DNA of 64,000 bases from Takakia lepidozioides (Eukaryota; Plantae; Bryophyta): positions 52,948,001-53,012,000 of the forward strand of contig CM060731.1 in NCBI GenBank assembly GCA_030704615.1, given 5' to 3'. Both the position numbers and the translations under genes were made by a program. The notes under the pieces are model-generated. The model worked only from the letters and a program-made list of their open reading frames with translations. It searched no databases and was not told the origin of the DNA. Of this stretch, positions 59,710-64,000 are shown one piece after another; within the stretch, counting starts at the first letter, position 1, and each line of letters begins with the position of its first letter.

Positions 59710-61585
59710 TCATGACAATGGAGCCTGGCACACAGATGTGGCCGCTCCTAGCAGCACACTAGCTGCCGTAGCCTTGGCAACACTAGATAGTGGTGCTATC
59801 CGTGTAGCTCTCCCCAATGGCATAGTAACCTCCGCCTCGGTAACAGTCGGGCGAGAACTAGGTGCCATGGACAGCGTTGACACTGTCTCCGCCAATGTGA
59901 ATGACTGAGGAAGCCTAGCCTGACGGCTTGCCTCCCCACGCTGTGGATCCAACTCCACCTCTGCACCTCGTGGCTCAGGAACTCGTGCTGCTCCTCGAGT
60001 CACGGCTGCAGCAGACTCCACCTGCACTAGTGGTAGTGCTGCCCCACACATGAATCCCATGCCTCCCATATCTCCTCCCTCAGGAGCAGGAGGTGGACCA
60101 TCCGGCCTTAGAGCCGGTACCACCTGAGCTGTAGCCATGGCAGTGAGCCTCTGCTCTAGCTGCTGAAGCCGGTTGGCCATGCCTTGGTCAACACCCTGAC
60201 CTCCGCGTCCTTGGCCATGTTGAGCTTGCCTTTGGCCTGCACCTCGTGGCTGGCCACCTCGTCCTCTCTGGGCTGCTCCACCTCGCCCCCGGCCACCATT
60301 GTTCCCTTGGAACTGGCTTGGGCGCAACTCAGGATGCAAACCATAACACTGGGCCTCTCCATGCCCGTGCTTGCCACAATGCCCACACTCCAACTGTGCA
60401 GGCTGTGCATGTGCCGGCCCTTTGCCTCCCTCTGGGCAATCCTTCTTGACATGGAGTCCTCCACATGTCCAGCACACCACATCCGCCCGTTGTTGGCCAG
60501 CAAATGAAGGGAGAGACCCCTGCATCTGAGGTCCTCTCTGCCCTTCCCTGAGCTTCACCTGAGCCCCCTTGTTGCCTTGAGCACGTTGAGGTAGTGGTTG
60601 GCTAGGAGCACCACTACCCCATGGCGTCTCCTTAGCAAATCCCACCATGACCACTCATTCCTCCACCATGTTGAGCTCTATCCGCTCTGCCAGCAAAAAC
60701 ACATTTGCTAAGGTGGGTTGGGCCGCTTGTAGGAGAGTTGCATCCCGCACCCTTCTCCTCAGCTCCTTGTCCAATATCCCATACCAGAATTGGACTGCCT
60801 GAGCTTCCGTAACCCCTTGGGTTACATTTATCAAGCGCCTCATGAGAGTGAAAGCCTCCCTCAAGCTCTCGGTCGGCTTCCGTTGGAACTTTTGCAAGCT
60901 CCGCAACTTCTCTGTCCTCACCCCTTGGTAAGAACTCCACAACAGGGTTGAAGGCAGGCACGGGTACTAGTGCTGGTGCGGTAGTGGCTTGGGTGGACAT
61001 CGTAGCTACTGTACCACCAATCCCACTAGTCCCACTGCTACTTGCTGAAGCTGCCGGTGCAGCGGTAGGTGTAGCCACTGCCCTCATGGCTCTAGTGCCC
61101 CTAGTGATGGAGACATAGTCGGGTGACCAGTACATCCTCCACTCCTCGATCTCAACCTCATGCCCCCGCCTAAACTCATGGTAATCATCCATAGGCGGCC
61201 CCTCAAGGTGCTGAAACAGCCCCTTCCATGCCATGAAAGGCGTAAATAGTTGTGGATTGCGCATTTGCTGCAAATCACACCAACTATCAAAACTCTTGGA
61301 TAAAATCATCCAACTCGATGGTGCCCACCGCCCCAGAGTACCTTTGTGGCCCCTTGGTAGCTCCATACATCTCCTCCATTGTGTCCCACAACAATGACAA
61401 AGAAACAACTTGCACCGCCGGTATGAGTCCTCCTGATTCACAATCCGAATCAGAACCTTCCGTAGAAGACACAGGAGTGAAGGTGGCCTAAACCGCACAC
61501 CTCGTCTCGTGTACCCACTAGTCTCGCTAGTGCTCGAACCGGCACTGTCCCCAGCAACTAGTGGCACCTCCGTGTTGACACTCAA
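59710..61585 (-). pseudogene. gag: Gypsy gag with two Cys/His knuckles, frameshifted
   Basis: Near-identical to 13232-14800; knuckles CWTCGGLHVKKDC and CGHCGKHGHGEAQC. Confidence 0.88.
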
Positions 61586-62299
61586 CCGGTCATGAACATG
61601 TCCCTAACCCCCTCTCCACAAGGTAACCGGGTAGAGAACCTGTTGCGGCTTAGGGTTTGGAATACTAAGTTCCTAACATAGCCTACACCTGTACCTGCAT
61701 CCACCGCAAGCACTGCTATGGTTGGCTGGTCATCACCTCCAACCTCACCACAGGAGAAACAATGATGGTCTGGCTGGTCATCACCCCAGCCTCACCATCG
61801 ACAGCATGCTCTAGGACTGGCCGGTGATCAAATCCGGACCAATCACCTATAAAAACAAGTGCCCACACAAAACTAGCATGGCGCACAGTCAAGCATGCAG
61901 GTATGGAGGGGATCCAAACACAAGAAATCAGAACGACAACTCCCCTTCACCAAAAACAACTCCACGGTGTTGCTCCTGCAAGGACACCCCAGCCCAAACC
62001 CGGACTGATTCTTGCCTCTACCTACGGAAAGGTCTTGGCCTAATGAGAGGGTGTAAACTACGAGGAAGAGAAGCTAAAGTAATGCCTAACCCCAGCATGC
62101 CCTCATCCCAACACTCTTCCTCTTATCTCTTCCCTCACTTGCATGACCATGGGAATATCATGAAGATACTCCTCAAACCACCCTCCACGAGCTTCAAAAT
62201 TCAGCCTTCAAGACCACATACCAGTCCTTAGGCAGTCCACCAGTGCCTCCACGAGTCAGCACAGGCCGTCCACAGGTCAACACGGGCCACCACAGACCA

Positions 62300-63976
62300 G
62301 CACAGGCCCACACAGCTCACAGGCCACAGCCCGTCACAGCCCTACACAGGTCACAGGGTCACAGCCCCACAGGTCGCAGCCTGTCACAGCCCCAAAGGCC
62401 ACATGTCACAGCCTGTCACAGCCCATCACAACCCCAAAGGCCACAGGCACAGCTTGTCACAGCCCTACAAAGGTCACAGGGTCATAGCCCCAAAAGCCAC
62501 AGCCTATCACAGCCCCTCACAGCCCCTCACAGCCCTATAGGCCACAGGGCACAACCCGACACAGGTCACATGGGTCACAGCCCCAAAGGCCACAGCCCCT
62601 CACAGCCCGTCACAACCCCACAGGCCACTGGGCACAGCCTGTCATAGCCCCTCACAGCCCGTCACAGCTTGCCACAGCCTGTCACAGCCCGATCACAGCC
62701 CCACAAGCAACAGGGCACAGCTTGTCACAGCCCGTCACAGCCCCACAGGCCACTAGGCACAGCCTGTCACAGCCCGTCACAGCCCGTCACAGCTCGCCAC
62801 AGCCTGTCACAGCCCGTCACAGCCCCACAGACCACAGGGCACAGCCTGTCACAGCTCGCCACAGCCCATCACAGCCCATCACAGCCTGTCACATCCCGTC
62901 ACAGCCCGTCACAGCCCCACAGGCCACAGGGCACAGCCTGTCACAGCCCCTCATAGCCCGTCACAGCCCCACAGGCCACAGGACACAGCCTGTCAAACCC
63001 CTCACAGCCCGTCACAGCCCCACAGGCCACAGGGCACAGCCTGTCACAGCCCCTCATAGCCCGTCACAGCCCCACAGGCCACAGGACACAACCTGTCAAA
63101 CCCCTCACAGCCCGTCACAGCCCCACAGGCCACAGGGCACAGCCTGTCACAGCTCGCCACAGCCCATCACAGCCCATCACAGCCTGTCACAGCTCGCCAC
63201 AACCTGTCACAGCCCGTCACAACCCCACAGGCCACAAGGCACAGCCTGTCACAGCCCCACACAGCCCGTCACAGCCCCGCATGCCACAGGGCACAGCCTG
63301 TTACAGCCCCGCACAGCCTGTCACAGCCCCTCACAGCCCCTCACAGCTCGCCACAGCCTGTCACAGCCCCTCACAACCCCACAGGCCACAGGGCACAGCC
63401 TGTCACAGCCCCTTATAGCCCATCACAGCCCCACAAGCCACAGGCCACAGCCTGTCACAGCCCCTTATAGCCCGTCACAGCCCCACAGGCCACGGGGCAC
63501 AGCCTGTCAAGCCCCTCACAGCCTGTCACAGCCCCTTATAGCCCATCACAGCCCCACAGGCCACAGGCCACAGCCTGTCACAGCCCCTTATAGCCCGTCA
63601 CAGCCCCACAGGCCACGGGGCACAGCCTGTCAAGCCCCTCACAGCCTGTCACAGCCCCACAGGCCACTGGGAACAGCCTGTCACAGCCCCTCACAGCCCC
63701 AAAGGCCTCAGGCACGGCCTGACACAGCCCCTCACAGCCCGTCACAGCCCCAAAGGCCTCAAGCACGGCCTATCACAGCCCCTCACAGCCCCTCATAGCC
63801 CATCACAGCCCCAAAGGCCACGGGCATAGCCTGTCACAGCCTCTCATAGCCCGTCACAGCCCCAAAGGCCAGGGGCGCAGCCCGTCACAGCCCGTCACAG
63901 CCCCCAAGGCCACTGACACAACCCCTCACAGCCCGTCACAGCCCCCAAGGCCACAGGGACAGCCCGTCACAGCCCC
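62300..63976 (-). repeat. Expanded ~10-bp-unit minisatellite (CACAGCC core) in the Gypsy leader
   Basis: Directly visible; ~1.7 kb versus ~0.67 kb in the + copy. Confidence 0.95.
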
Positions 63977-64000
63977 ATCCATGGCCGCTCTGGCAGTTTA

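Larger units (their letters stand above)
53356..64000 (-). mobile_element. Ty3/Gypsy retrotransposon gag-PR-DNMT-RT-RH-INT-PHD; 5' end beyond the window; mildly decayed
   Basis: Domain order RT-RH-INT; PPT (AGGGGGG on -) at ~54042-54050; ends ...CGACA at 53356 inside the hAT transposase. Confidence 0.95.

Noticed and set aside
62243-63798. Long Ser/Pro/His/Thr-rich ORFs (also 12194-12775)
   Set aside because: Products of the stop-poor minisatellite; they differ between the two copies and have no domain content.

Overview
Plant nuclear DNA, probably a non-seed land plant. That is inferred from the PLS-class PPR gene, spliceosomal introns and alga-like TE lineages. About two thirds of the window is nested, decaying transposable elements. 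A central host-gene island (~26.8-44.5 kb) holds a rearranged CSC1/OSCA pseudogene, an intact multi-TM membrane protein, an intact two-exon LPP-gamma/PAP2 phosphatase, an adenosine-deaminase-like remnant and a PLS PPR gene. Two systems stand out. (1) Three related copies of a Mutator-superfamily transposon (1-6774, 14801-23660, 23661-26733). The transposase (GCM-like + DDE + SWIM) is paired with a divergently transcribed, intron-containing accessory gene. Pieced together across the copies, this gene reads ParB/Srx-like domain - linker - beta-class N4/N6 DNA-methyltransferase-like fold with an atypical DIPD motif. Each copy carries its own palindrome family built on a shared CG-N4-CG core, located in introns of that gene. 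(2) A Ty3/Gypsy family (9971-14800 +, 53356->64000 -) with the order gag-PR-[DNMT3-like C5 methyltransferase]-RT-RH-INT-PHD. It has a Tf1-like self-priming PBS and split direct repeats (A...B-A-B) instead of normal LTRs, with a palindromic att-att junction that suggests integration from a circle. Also present: the 3' end of an RNaseH+RLE (Dualen/RandI-like) LINE, a non-autonomous piggyBac-like element with TTAA TSD, and an hAT element carrying amplified OSB gene fragments. All domain calls come from motif recognition by eye; no searches were run.
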